Assembly (NCBI RefSeq): GCF_009914755.1
Contig: NC_060929.1
DNA length: 64,000 bases
DNA from: the human T2T-CHM13v2.0 reference genome, Homo sapiens
Direction: 5' to 3' (one strand)
Shown: one piece after another, positions 37,314-54,668 of the stretch
Numbering within the stretch: the stretch's first letter is position 1
Layout: every line of letters begins with the position of its first letter
Notes under the pieces: generated by a model
What the model saw: the letters and a program-made list of their open reading frames with translations, nothing else
Database searches by the model: none
What the model was told of the DNA's origin: nothing
Made by a program: the position numbers and the translations under genes

Positions 37314-39096
37314 CTTATGTATATAAAATTCATATTTCAAGTTACTTAATCTCATAAGGTCAGTAAATTCTTTCCCCAAACTGTTATTATTCTTAATATT
37401 TAAAAGTTACTCTCTTCCTACATATTTTTCTCCATTCTTACTGCTACTTTCTCTGGTTTTCATTGCTACAGGTCTTTACCCTTCCTCCCTGAAATTGTAT
37501 TAACTAGGCTACTAAGTTTCATGGAAAATATTTACTAGACATGATATCCTCAAAAACTATGCATTTATGAGTTGTCATAAGCCATAGGAAAATATGTATG
37601 AGCACATGGATGTATATATGTTCATCATATTTCAAACCACAAAGTGCATGGGAAAGGGTGGGAGAGTGTCAGGATTGAGTCTTCTCTGAAGTTCAATAAA
37701 TTCACTGGAAAAATGGAGAACCCTGTAGAACTCGTGGTGAAGGATAAGATTGGAAGATATTTTACATTTTATGTCTAACTTATAGTTGAATTAACCAGTT
37801 TTTTTCCACTCTTATCTTGTCATCAATTTATACTTATTATGTCCCAGTTCTTTTTGACATTTCATAGCCCCTTTCTTTAATCTGATATTCTTAAAAGCAC
37901 ACCCAATAACTTTTGCTTTTCTCCATATATACACATCACAAAAGCTGAGACAAAAACATATCATGTTTTAAAAAACTTTATTAAATAGCATATCCATTTA
38001 TATTTTTGACCTAAAATTATGTACCTATTAATTTAATGAAACTGCATATATCAAGATAAATCAGTGAGGTAAAATTTAATATTATGGGGCACACTATAAA
38101 AATATAAAATAACATATAAAGTTTTTTACTATTAAAAGAAATTCAGAATAAAATTCTGTGCCTCAATAAAGAAAAAAAGATTGAACACTCTAGTGTATTA
38201 AATTATATGTGACATGTTGGAATATAGATACTTTCATGGTATTACTTGTATCTGATGAGAATTTGAAGAGTCACATAAATAACTAATATATGAAATTATG
38301 CTGTAAATAACACACCTATAAAAATGTCCAGGGAAGAAAGGAAAACCTGAAGTGCAATATAAAACTCAATTATTTTCTGTTCTAAAGAGCAGCCTGTCAT
38401 CAATGATATTACAAAGAAGACAATATTCTATCTCAACAGAACTAACACTGGTTGACTGACACAAACAACCATAATGCAAAACAAATTTCTTTAGACAGAT
38501 TTATGCAGTAGCTGAGATGTCTATTTTGTGCATCTTCAGCTTTTATCTTCTGCAAACTATATGCTAGTATATAGATCCTGCTATTTCCACCTCATCAAAA
38601 AAACTAAAGATAACCTATGTTTTTAAAATATCAGTTGCCAATTTTTAAAATATCAGTTAAAGAGACAGCAAAATGAAACAAAATAAAGTCATATGCATTT
38701 CAACAGTAATAATTGTAGAGCTGCAAATGCATCTGGTAAATGCAAAGAGAATTAAAGTGAACAAAGACAATTTTTCAGACAAAAAATTTTCTGTGCAGCT
38801 GTTTGAGACAGAAGAATCTTAAAATTTCCTGGACATTTGATGCCTTTTTAGTGTGTGAAATACTAAAAATAAATTTTTCTTAAACAAGAAATGTAAAAAT
38901 CTGGATATTGAAGTGCATTGAAGTATGTTGGATGCCCTGAGAAATATTTGCCTGCATTTTATCACTATAGTCACTATATTTAACAGTCAAGTTCTTTCTC
39001 CAAATTTTGCTCCAGTTCTCTTCAAATTTTATTCCATGCTTCCACTCTTAATCTGATCTTTTTCTTCAATTAAACTTATTCAAAGAGAAATGACTT

Positions 39097-39729
39097 TGTG
39101 ATAGTTAATTTTATGTGTCAACTTCACAGAGCTATGGGATACCCAGATAGCTGATAAAATATTATTTCTGGATATTTCTGTGAGTGTGTTTTGGAATGAG
39201 ATTAGCATTTGAATTGGTAGTCTGAGTAAAGAAGATTCAACTGTTGCAGGTCCAAATAGAACATAAAGGCTAAGAGACAATTTGCTCTTCCTTCTTTGAG
39301 CTGGAACATTCATCTTCTCCTGCCCTTAGACATTGGAGCTCCCAGTTCTTCAGCTTTTGGTCACTGGTACTTACACAAACAACCCCCTGGTTCTAAAGTC
39401 ATTAGACTAGAACTGGAAGTTACACATCTACTCCCCTTGTTCTCAGGCCTTGAGACTCAGGCTGAATTGTACCAGCTTTCCTGGTTCTACAGACTGCAGG
39501 TAGTAGATTGTGGGACTTCTTGGCCTCCATAACCACTTGGGAAAATACTCATAACAAATCTCCATGCTATAAAACATATGATAATTCATAAGTTTATTTA
39601 TTATTAAAAGGAATCCAGAAAAAATATCTGTGCCTCTTTCTATATATTTATCTCTGTGTACGTGTGTATATGTATATGTGTGTGTGTGTACACACTATTT
39701 TATTTCTCTCAAGAACCCTGATAAATACA
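39097..39729 (+). mobile_element. MLT2B-type solo LTR (ERVL)
   Basis: Starts TGTGATAGTTAATTTTATGTGTCAACTT and ends AGAACCCTGATAAATACA. Contains the simple-repeat expansion typical of the MLT2 3' part. Confidence 0.9.
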
Positions 39730-39888
39730 GATTCCCTAGTTCATCTTTTCTGAGATAAATCTAAGTTGTGCCCATTTTGTGCTCAATCATACATCCTCTT
39801 GAAAATCATTATTAAGAGGGTTTAGGGGGGCTATTCAGAGGAAGGAAATGCCTTCAGAAAAGATGCTAGAGAAAGGTAAATTCTAGAC

Positions 39889-40050
39889 CTTGTCTCACAG
39901 TGTTCTTTAGTAATGGCATCACCTTGAGATCTTTGAAGAAATGTAGAACCCTAAGACAGAAGCCTAGGCTTATTCCAGAACTACTGAATCTAAATCATCA
40001 CTTTAACAAGTAGATGATTCTAATGCACATTAATCATTGAGTAGTGCTGG
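39889..40050. mobile_element. MER5-type MITE (MER5B-like)
   Basis: ggcatcaccttgagatcttt..aaatgtagaa..ctactgaatc..tttaacaag..tgattctaatgcacattaa..ttgagtagtgctg. Confidence 0.7.
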
Positions 40051-41736
40051 CACAAAATACATGTATGTGAAGTCAGTCCAATCTACTAGAAAGCTACTGA
40101 AGCAAAATTTGTACTTAATAATATGCAAGCATGCTTTATGTGAATATAGTTCTGAAATATAATTAGGGGTGTGGAAATGGGAAGTTTTCATACATCTGTG
40201 AAACTGAAAGCAGAAAAAGTAATATTTTACAGAGATAATTGTGGTAAACATTTCAATTAGTTGATATAATATTGTTAAATAAAAAGGTGTGCGTATTTTT
40301 AATCTGATAAAATGATAAATGGTTAGCTACAAAGCATTATGTATGGATGGATAGATAGAGTGTTAGATAAATACTTTTTTAATCATTTAAGAGTAGATTG
40401 CAGGTGCAGCTGGCAAGATGGCCAAAATAGAAAAGCTCCGGTCTGCAGCTCCTAACAAGATTGATGCAGAAGGCAGGTGATTTCTGCATTTCCAACAGAG
40501 GTACCAAGTTCATCTCACTGGGACTGGTTGGACAGTGGGTTCAGCCCAAGGAGGGCCAGCCGAAGCAGGGCGGGGCTCTGCCTCACCTGGGAAGTGCAAG
40601 GGCTCAGGGAACTCCCTCTCCTAGCCAAGAGAAGCCATTAGGGACCGTACCGTACACTTCGGCCCAGATAGTGTGCTTTTCCCAGTCTTCACAACCTACA
40701 GACCAGGAGATTCCTCCAGTGCCTACACCACCAGGGCCCTGGGTTTCCAACACAAAACTCTGAGCCCATTTGGGCAGACACCGAGCTAGCCACAGGAGTT
40801 TTTTTTTTTTCATACCCCAGTGGCGCCTGGAATGCCGGCAAGACAGAACTGTTCACTTCCCCGGAAAGGGCGCTGAAGTCAGGGAGCCAAGTTGTCTGGC
40901 TCGGTGGGTGCCACCCGCACGGAGCCCAGCAAGCTAAGATCCACTGGCTTGAAATTCTCTCTCCATGATAGCAGTCTGAGCTAGACCTGAGACACTCAAG
41001 CTTTGTGGGGGGTGGGGCATCTGCCATTGCAGAGGATTGAGTAGGCGGTTTTACCCTCACAGTGTAAACAAAGCCACCAGGAAGTTTGAACTGGGTGAAG
41101 CCCACTGCAGCTCAGCAAGGCCACTGCTGCCAGATTGCTTCTCTAGATTTCCTCCTCTCTGGGCAGGGTATCTCTGAAAAAAATGGCAGCAGCCCCAGTC
41201 AGAGACTTAACAGATAAAACCCCCAACTCCCTGGGACAGAGCACCTGGGGGAAGGAGCAGTTTTGGGCTCAGCTTCAGCAGACTTAGACGTCCCAACCTG
41301 GTAGCTCTGAAGAGAGCAGCGGATCTCCCAGCACAGCATTCCAGCTCTGATAAGGGAGAAGCCTGCATCCTCAAGTGGGTCCCCGACCCCCAGTGTATCC
41401 TAACTGGGAGACATCTCCCATTAGGGGCCGACATACACCTCATACGAGAGAGCTCTGGCCAGCATCTGATGGGTGCCCCACTGGGATGAAGCTTCCAGAG
41501 GAAGGAACAGGGAGCAATCTTTGCTGTTCTGCAGCCTCTGCCAGTGATACCCAGGCAAACTGGGTCTGGAGGAGACCTCCAGCAAACTCCAGCAGACCTG
41601 CAGCAGAGGGGCCTGAGTGTTAGAAGGAAAACTGACAAAAAGGAATAGTATCAACATCAACAAAAAGGACATCCACTCAGAGATCCCATCTGAAAGTCAC
41701 TCACTTCAAAGACCAAAGGTAGATAAATCCACGAAG

Positions 41737-42840
41737 ATGGGGAGAAACCAGCGCAAAAGGCTGAAAATTCCAAAAACAAGAATGCCTCTTCTCCTCCAAA
41801 GGATCACAACTCCTCAGCAGCAAGAGAACAAAACTGGATGGAGAATGAGTTTGACGAATTGACAGAAGTAGGCTTCAGAAGGTGGGTAATAACAAACTCC
41901 TCTGAGCTAAAGGAGCATGTTCTAACCCAATGCAAGGAAGCTAAGAACCTTGAAAAACGGTTATACGAATTGCTAACTAGAATAACCAGTTGAGAGAAGA
42001 ACATAAATGATCTGATAGAGCTGAAAAACACAGCATGAGAACTTTGTGAAGCATACACAAGTATCAATAGCTGAATTGATCAAGCAGAGAAAGGATATCA
42101 GAGATTGAAGATCAACTCAATGAAATAAAGGATGAAGAAAAGATTAGAGAAAAAAGAGTGAGAAGAAACAAACAAAGCCTCCAAGAAATGTGGGACTATG
42201 TGAAAAGACCAAATCTACATTTGATTGTTGTACTTGAAAGTGACAGGGAGAATGGAACCAAGTTGGAAAACACTCTTCAGCATATTACCCAGGAGAACTC
42301 CCCCAGTCTAGCAAGACAGGCCAACATTAAATTCAGGAAATACAGAGAACACGACAAAGATACTCCTCGAGAAGAGCAACCCCAAGACACATAATCGTCA
42401 GATTCACCAAGGTTGAAATGAAAGAAAAAATATTAAGGGCTACCAGAGAGAAAGGTCGGGTTACCAACAAAGGGAAGCCCATCAGACTAACAGTGGATCT
42501 GTCTGCAGAAACTCTACCAGCCAGAAGAGAATGGGGGCCAATATTCAACATTCTTAAAGAAAAGAATTTTCATCCATGTGTAACTAACCTGCACAATGTG
42601 CACATGTACCCTAAAACTTAAAGTATAATTAAAAAAAAAGAAAAGAATTTTCAACCCAGAATTTCATATCCAGCCAAACTAAGCTTCATACATGAAGGAG
42701 AAATAAAATCCTTTACAGACAAGGAAATGCTGAGAAATTTTGTCACCACCAGGCCTACCTTACAAGAGCTCCAGAAGTAAGCACTAAACATGGAAAGGAA
42801 CAACTGGTACTAGCCATTGCAAAAACATACCAAATTGTAA
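41737..42840 (+). pseudogene. L1 ORF1p, disrupted
   Basis: MGRNQRK start; fragments RNKQSLQEMWDYVKRPNL and MKEKILRATREKG..ARREWGPIF. Contains stops, frameshifts and a nested L1. Confidence 0.92.
42573..42636 (+). mobile_element. Extremely 5'-truncated young L1 (L1PA2 or pre-Ta L1HS 3' end) nested in ORF1
   Basis: TGTAACTAACCTGCACAATGTGCACATGTACCCTAAAACTTAAAGTATAAT plus A-tail. Exact 17-bp TSD AAAGAAAAGAATTTTCA at 42556-42572 and 42637-42653. Confidence 0.93.
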
Positions 42841-42900
42841 AGACCATTGACGCTATGAAGAAACTGCATCAACTAACAGGCAAAATAACCAGCTAGCATC

Positions 42901-46731
<3,831 letters not shown>

Positions 46732-46948
46732 TCAATGAGAACACATGAACACAGGGTGAGGAGTATCACCGGGGCCTGTCAGGGGGCGGGGGCCAGGGCA
46801 GGGATAGCATTTGGAGAAATATCTAATGTAGATGACAGGTTGATGGGTGCAGCAAACCACAATGGCACGTGTATACCTATGTAACAAACCTGTATGTTCT
46901 GCACATGTACTCCAGAACTTAAAATATGATAATTAAAAAAAAAAAAAA

Positions 46949-47063
46949 CAGAAAACAAAGCAAATCTGAGAATGTTCCCAAGGAGCAAGAATTGGGTTGT
47001 TTGTAACACAGGAATAGTAGGTGTGAAGTAAATTACACCTCCTGAATTAATGTACAAAAAAAA
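46949..47063 (+). mobile_element. L1 3' transduction with second poly(A)
   Basis: Non-L1 sequence lies between the L1 poly(A) and a second A-run (47056-47063) that runs into the 3' TSD. AGTAAA at 47027-47032. Confidence 0.85.
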
Positions 47064-47425
47064 GAGTAGGTTGCAGGTATTATATTACTTTGCCCATACG
47101 TATGTGTGTCTTACGAATGACGACTCCTCTTATATAAGCATATTACAAAATCAGAAATTTCCATATAGACACAATGCTAATTTCTACTCCATAGTTCATA
47201 ATTTTCACATATTTTTGCAAAAATGTCTATTATGACTATTTTCCCCAGTCTAAAACACCATCCAGGAATATGCATTAAATTTAGCTGTCATGTTTCCTTA
47301 GTCTATTTTATCTGGAACAATTTCTTCACATTTTTTGTAATTAATGACCTGAATATTTTTAAAAAGTATAGGCTAATAATTTTATTGTGCATTCATAACT
47401 TTGGCTTGAGTGATATTTCCTCTTG
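47062..47425 (-). mobile_element. L1MC4/5-like 3' fragment (host of the L1PA7; left part ~40370-40405)
   Basis: aatcatttaagagtag(a/g)ttgcag continues across the insertion, then caaaatcagaaattt and gcattaaatttagctgtcatgtttccttagtc..atctggaacaattt. Confidence 0.7.
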
Positions 47426-47447
47426 TTTTTCTTCTTATTTTTCCCAG

Positions 47448-47586
47448 ATGCTAGCAGTGGAAAGATACTGTAACCAAAAACATCATCATTATGACAATGC
47501 CAACACATGAGATCAACTTTTGGCATGTGATGGCTGATTTTATTTTATTAACCTCTACTATTTAATTGCTCTGCAACTTTAGACAG
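47448..47586 (+). other. Weak candidate 139-nt exon (plus strand)
   Basis: Acceptor tcttgtttttcttcttatttttcccag|ATG and donor CAG|gtaact, the donor lying in a MIR-like segment. Confidence 0.25.
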
Positions 47587-49060
47587 GTAACTTACCCTCT
47601 AAGCTTCATTTTTTTTTAATTTCAAATTAGAAATTATATTGACTCTGCAGGATTTGGTGGATTAAAATAGTTTACATACAATATTTAGTATTAGCATAAT
47701 ACCTTCCAGGTAGAAAGCATAATGAATGGATAGTGATGCATATTTTGGAACATTCATCACGACTTTAAAACATAGTGATATATTTGAGAGAGCTAAATTC
47801 TAGGGTCTAATTAAAACTCTATACCTATCTCAAGAAAGTCTATGTCTAATGAGAAAAGATAGTGAATTTTTGTCATTCTAATAGCAAAAATGAAACACAT
47901 TTTTAAAAATCATGTAAAGAAAAAAGCTCTAACCGTTATCTACTGACTCAAGCACATAGTAGCTTTGTGACATTGATCAAGCTATCTCCCCTCTCTAGGC
48001 ATCAGTTGTCTAATCTGTAGGGTGTAGGATGTAAGTAAAGTGATTAACATGCATTTGCCATGTTGTTCCTTCACAAAACATGCTACTATAATGTCTGTGA
48101 TACGTCTAAAGATTTTGTTCCTAAAAGCAGCATCTTTAACAACAAAATGTAAGGAAAGATGCTCCCATAAGTATTCATATTGCTTTTGGTTTTATAGTTT
48201 GGCTCTTCCAATAGTAATTTTATTTCAGTTTTAACTAAGTATATTATGCATATGTATTATCTCTAAGGCTGAAATATTTTGTAAAGCACTTCCAACTTGC
48301 CAAGTTGTATTTTTTTTATAAAATCAGCTTTATTAAGTGATCATTTATTTACAATTCCTCAAATTTTCCATAAATTTCAATATGCTATGACCAGTATAGA
48401 CATAGTCAATAATCACCACCATATCAATACATAGAATGGTTCCATCATTCCAGTGTCTCACAAGATCTCAGTGATTTTTATGTGGTTTTTTGGCTTCTCT
48501 ATTAAGTAATTTAAGCTTCCTTTATGTATAAGTACTTAATATATAAGGTAAAATAAAAGTTGTAAGGTAGTACCCACTCAGCTAAAAATTACTTCCTCTA
48601 TTTCTCTTCTACTTAGGTATTTTAAGCTTCAGTGTGGTGGATATTGAAAATACAGTGTTAAAATTATTTAAATGAAACTACTGCAATGGATTTAAAAAGT
48701 TTCTGCCATAAAGGAGGAGGTCATCTACCTTCATAATATACATCTGGATTCTAATCTCCAAGCATCATTGGAAAACATAGTTATGGAAAAAATAAAAATC
48801 TTGGAGTACATTTTGCCATTTAACTGATTCTTCCAGAGGTTCACACTTGAGAGGAGAAAATATTGACTGTCAATATCTAGCATATTATAAAAGTTGCTGT
48901 GGCCAGATGGTGAAGGAAGCCGCCTTTTAGTTAAATTTTAGGCTGTGATTTATTAACATTTAACCCAAATGTGACTCTCTCAAAATGAAAACAATTTCAT
49001 TACATATGGACTTTAGACATATTTCACACAGGTGCCTGTTTTCCTCTCAAATAGAGTGAT

Positions 49061-49667
49061 CCCATTGGTGGGAATGTAAATTATTTCAGCCATTGTGGAA
49101 AGTAGTATGGCAATTTTTCAAAGAGCTAAATGCAGAACTACCATTTAACCCAGCAATTCCAATACTGGGTAGATAACCAGAGGAATATAAATTATTCTAC
49201 CATAAAGACACATGCGGCACTATTCACAATAGCAAAGACATGGAATCAGCCTATATGCCCATTAGTGACAGATGGAATAAAGAAAATGTGGTACATATAA
49301 ACCATGAAATACTATACAGCCATAAAAACAGAACGAGATCGTGTCTTTTGTGGGAACATAGATGGAGATGGAGGCTATTATTCTCAGCAAACTAACACAG
49401 GAACAGAAAACCAAATACCACATGTTCTCACTTGTAAGTGTGAGCTAAATGATGAGAACTTATGAACACAAAGAAGGAAACAACAGACACTGGGATCTAC
49501 TCGAGGGTGGAGGATGGGAGAAGGGAGAGGAAGAGAAAAGATAACTACTGGTTACTGGGCTTAATTCCTGTGTGATGAAATAATCTGTACAACAAACCCC
49601 ATAACATGCGTTTACCTATGTAACAAATCTTCACATGTGCCCCTGAACCTAAAATAAATGTTAAAGA
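49061..49667 (+). mobile_element. L1PA15/16-type 3' end
   Basis: ORF2 C-terminus plus 3' UTR with GAAAAGATAACTACTGGTTACTGGGCTTAAT..GATGAAATAATCTGTACAACAAACCCC..CCTAAAATAAA. Confidence 0.88.
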
Positions 49668-49797
49668 AATCTGCAAGAAATGACAGAATTCTTTTGACTC
49701 TAATATTACAGTAAATTAAACATGTTCAAACTCAAATATATATATTTTTCCTTTATATATAGCAATATGTAAATACATATATTTCCTTTACATAGTT

Positions 49798-49814
49798 ATA
49801 TATATGTGTGTGTG

Positions 49815-49861
<47 letters not shown>
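49798..49861. repeat. (TA)/(TG) compound microsatellite
   Basis: Direct read. Confidence 0.95.
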
Positions 49862-49931
49862 TTCCTTTCAAATGCTTTTTGTGCCTCATTCTCAACTGTG
49901 ATTTTGTCACCTAGAGTTTGACAATTTTTTC

Positions 49932-50031
49932 AGTAGGTTTAATACCTGGGTGTTGAAATAATCTGTACAGCAAACCCCCATGACATGTTTATCTATGTAA
50001 TAAACCCGCACTTGTACCCCTGAACTTAAAA
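49932..50031 (+). mobile_element. Short L1PA13-16-type 3' terminus
   Basis: taatacctgggtgttgaaataatctgtacagcaaacccccatgaca..tgtacccctgaacttaaaa. Confidence 0.82.
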
Positions 50032-52920
50032 CATACATATATACATATATGTACATGTAACTTACATGTTACAGGCATAAGAGAAATGGTTACATAGTTA
50101 CAGGCTTAAGAGAAATAGTGTTTTAAGCACTAGGTTTTAATGCCAACATTTTCTACTTTTTAGTAATTTGTTTATTTTCTACAGATTTTATGAAAGACAA
50201 CATTCTCCTTAATGTAAAAAGCTATGAATATTTTTATGTATCCAAGAACCACTTCTGTTATTTTCACTTAACTCAAAAGACATGTTGTTATCAATAATGG
50301 TATTAAGCATGCCAATGATAGCCTCTTACATTAATATAAAACCTACTATAAATCAGTAAAAGACTTCTTCATATTCACAGCAATTCTGAGACATAAGCAA
50401 GTTTTTAAATAGCTCTTTCATTCTTTCATATAACATAGAGACAAGGTTATTACTGACATGGAATTGAAAGCTAATTAAGCAAAAGCAAAGCTTAAAATTG
50501 ATGAAAATATTTTAAACTATTTCCTGAGGAAAAGTCTAAATCCAGCTAAGAAAATTATACATTGCTATTTTAAAACTAAGTTGTCAATATGAAAAGTAAT
50601 TTGAAAAAAGAAAATAAGTTGGTCAGCTCACTTAAAAGCAAATATTTGTTTTCATGCAGGAAATTAAATATTTTGACTAACATTCTACTAATGTACTAGA
50701 AAATCTCATGATTTTCTATTTGAAATCTATACAATTTGAAACAGATAAACCTAACATACAATAATTTACTGTTATTATTATTACTTTGTGCTTTCTACGA
50801 GTTTATCACCACTCAGTTTGATCTGATTATAAGTAACTACATGAAAAATATACAAGTATGTTATAATCATTTATCAAAATAGAAATGTCATGTCCTTCTC
50901 AACAAACTTATTTTAGGATATCCATTCATGAGATTATTTTGATCAGATACCTCTATGTTAGATAGCAAAATATTTCAGTCTAAAACTTAGTTTGGCATAG
51001 ATCTACCTGACTATAAGAAGTACAAAATACAAACAAACAAAATTCACATTGTTTTCTATGTCACTTTTTAAATCTGCTTAATATTGGTTATTACAAATTA
51101 TTTAATTTGTTTATATAATTTGTGTACTGACTATACTCCCCCTTAGAACAGAAATTCTAAGATGGTAGGAACAATAAATACTGCATTTACTAGTGTTTTC
51201 TACCAGCTAGCATGGTATCTTGGCACATTTTCAGTATTTAATATTGTCAGTAAATTTGTAAAAATTCAATTTTTAATGAAAATTATTGACTAATTCTTCT
51301 ATACCATGCAAACTCTATTTCAGTGCATTAGTTCATAGGTCTAGTCTCTTAAGTTTATTGGTACTTAGATCATATATTATTCTGTTTTAAATTAGCCATA
51401 AATTTTGGGGGGAGAAAAAAGAGTGTTTATTTGAGACCTACATGATGTTCCTTTGTCTTTGTTTCACCTGTCATCATTCCTGTTACTGACCAAATAAAGA
51501 TATAGCCTGTAGCAAAATAATATTGTACATAATCATAAGATGGGCTGTAATATCCATAATTGAATCACCCATGACTCCTCAGCTATCACCTCCACTATTT
51601 TAAATTTTCAATAGCATTGAGTAAATTGAGTAAATTAAAATAATTCCAATGATTAGTTAAAGCATTCCTTTATTTCCTTCCTTCCTTCTTTTTTTCTTGG
51701 CTGAACCAATGTTGAGAGACGAGCTTCTTAATCATTCAACATGCATTATTCTCTGGTTCCTTAATATCCAGTCTGTTATTACACATTGCAGTCCTCCCTG
51801 AAAGTGTGTAGCAAAAGCTACCTACACAGAAACTTATGGATTAACTTCAGATCCATCTTCATTCCATTTGCTTCTAATTGCCTTATACTTTATCTGTGTA
51901 TTTCTTTTTTATTAATATTATAATCTCCAAGTGGTCTATGTTTTCATGGTGTTACTTAGGTTGTCAAGATTTGAAATTACTGTTGAGCCACTCAACATAT
52001 AAATTACAAATGAGTTCTTCCTACATTAAAAAGTTGGCTTAATGTATTGTCCATAACAATGTATTGTCTAATGTTAGATAAAGATAGAACTTTGCCATCT
52101 TCCTAATGGGGGAAAAAAACTATTTTTTAACCAGGTATTTACTTTAAAATATAAACTTCAGGCTTTTTCAATAAAGTTAATTTTTCTATCTTTATTTCTG
52201 CAGGTTATAGTAGCAAACTATATTGCTAGAATATCAGATGAATTAGAAAAACATCTATTCTTCATATCCTTTCTTTATGACAATAAGAATGAACCACTTT
52301 TTACCATAGTGTTTATTATACTGTTCAAAATTTTGGGTTGAGAAAGTTTCTTCAAAGAAGATTTATTGCACGGTGTTCATGTGGAGTATTATGTTTGGAA
52401 TTTTGATGTCTTAAATGTGAATTCATTTTCTATAAAAGGATAAATACTATTCAAGGCTCTATTGTGTTTAATCTAATAAGAATATTTCTTATTAATAAGA
52501 CAAAACAAACTTTTTAATGTAAAGTTCAGAACCTTTATACGAGATCCTTTGGGAGCAAAACTAAATACCAAATCTTCAGAACACATTTTCTTTTTCTGGA
52601 ATTAGCAAAGGTATCAAAGGCAATGAACAAATTGTGAACACTGGCTGCACTTCACTTGATTACATGCATGCAAACAAAGCTGGGACCTTGGTGAAACCAT
52701 CACTCATGGCTGAAATCATAAGAATAACAAATCTTGTTAAATGAAAACTTATATTTAAATATTCTGAGTAATTAAAGCGGTTTACATTAGAAATGCATGT
52801 GTAAATCTGTTCAATCATCAAAAGACAGAAAACTTAAATGTGTACAACTGAATGCAGGATTTCTGGAGCAAAAGATGATTAATGGAAGAGTCTCATATCC
52901 AAGTGGATAGGGTAGAAAAA

Positions 52921-53531
52921 GTTATTAATATTCTATTACTGTTATAACAAATTACAACAAACTTAGTGGCTTAAACAATCTAAGTTTACTATTTTATAGT
53001 TCTGTGGGTCAGAAATCTGACATGGGTCTCATAGAACTGACATCAAGATTTTTGGCAGGGCTTTGTTTACTTCTGGAGGTTCTAGGAGAGGCTCCACTTC
53101 TGGCTCACTTGAGTCATTCACAGAATTCAGTTCCTTGCAACCGTGGAACTGAGATACCTGTTTTCTTGCTAGTGGGCAGCTGAGGGCCTTCCTAGTTTCT
53201 AGAAGCCACCCACATTTCTTGTTTATGGTCCCCTTACACATTTTCGAAGTCAGCAACGGCAGGTCAAGTCTCTCTAATGGTTTGAATTTCTCCTCCTTCT
53301 TTCTTCTCATCTCTGTGACCCAGTCAGGAAAAGTTACTGGCTTTACTCAGGTGATTACACTGAACCCACTTGGATAATCTAGGATAATCTCCTCATTCCA
53401 AGGTCAGTACCCTTAATTACATCTGAAAAGTCCTTTTCCCCATGTAAGGTAAAACATTTGCAAGTTCTGGAGATTAGAACATAAACATCTTGTGAGGGGT
53501 AGAGGTAGGGGCCATTATTCTGCCTACCACT
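52921..53531 (-). mobile_element. MLT1 (E-like) solo LTR
   Basis: Minus strand begins GTGGTAGGCAGAATAATGGCCCC. The plus strand shows ataacaaattacaacaaacttagtggcttaaacaa and cagaattcagttccttgc. Confidence 0.88.
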
Positions 53532-54306
53532 ACTATCATACAAGTAAACACTTTAAAGGGATGCCTCATAATTTATACATTATTAAATAAAATAAACAGC
53601 ATAGCCATTTTCACAGAGTAAACAATTATAATATGTTTATCTTATGAGAGTAGATCTTAGGATCCCATAAAATGTCAATAAATTTAGCAAAAGCATTGAT
53701 GCCTTCTGGTGCTAATTATTAAAAAAATCGATAATATTACTACTCAGAATATTTTTGAGATTTCTGACAAGGGAAAATTGAAATTGATGATCTTAATAAA
53801 ACCTTCTAACAACAATTGCATAAAAACATCTCTAATATTCACCCTTAGGAATATTCAGAGTATTGAGTATTCAGCAAACCTGTTAAATGGCAGTATACTA
53901 CTATGTCTTTTGAGTTACATCATTTTTAGCATTTTCAACACCTGCTCATTGGCTCTTTCCTTAACACTTGGATTTACATGAAATCATTGCTACACATAGG
54001 TTTCAGGGACAGTGTCTTCTTTCTCAACCAGGCTGTAAAGGTAGAGGCCACGAACCCTGTCAAACATATGTACTTTGTAACTTTTTACTGTCTCTCATTT
54101 ACTGTATTCCATGATGATTGCCATGTAGTATGCAAAAAAAATACTGATTTTGCTTTCCTCAGTGGTGAGGTGAATGTGTCCATACATTTTGTGTCATATA
54201 AAATGCTGGTGCCTATTGCTCATCACGAAGAATTTATTTTGGAAATTATTTAGAAATATGTCCCCTAGGAATGAAGCTACATATTCTTGGCATGCAGGAA
54301 TAACCC

Positions 54307-54668
54307 TGATATGGTTTGGCTCTGTGTCTCCACCCAAATCTCATCTGTAGCTCCCATAATTCCCACATGTTGTGGGAGGGACCCGGTGGGAGATGACTGA
54401 ATTACAGGGTGTGTCTTTCCCATGCTGTCCTCATAATAGTGAATGGGTCTCATGAGATCTGATGGTTTTAAAAATGGGAGTTTCCCTGCACAAGCTCTCT
54501 TTGCCTGCCACCATCCATGTAAGACGTGACTTGTTCCTCCTTGCCTTCTGCCATGATTGTCAGTCTTCCCCAGCCAAGTGCAGCTGTACGTCCAATTAAA
54601 CCTCTTTCTTTTGTAAATTGCCCAGTCTTGGGTATGTCTTATCAGCAGCGTGAAAATGTATTAATACA
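54307..54668 (+). mobile_element. THE1B-type solo LTR
   Basis: TGATATGGTTTGGCTCTGTG...CAGCAGCGTGAAAATGTATTAATACA. TSD AACCC/CACCC. Confidence 0.95.
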
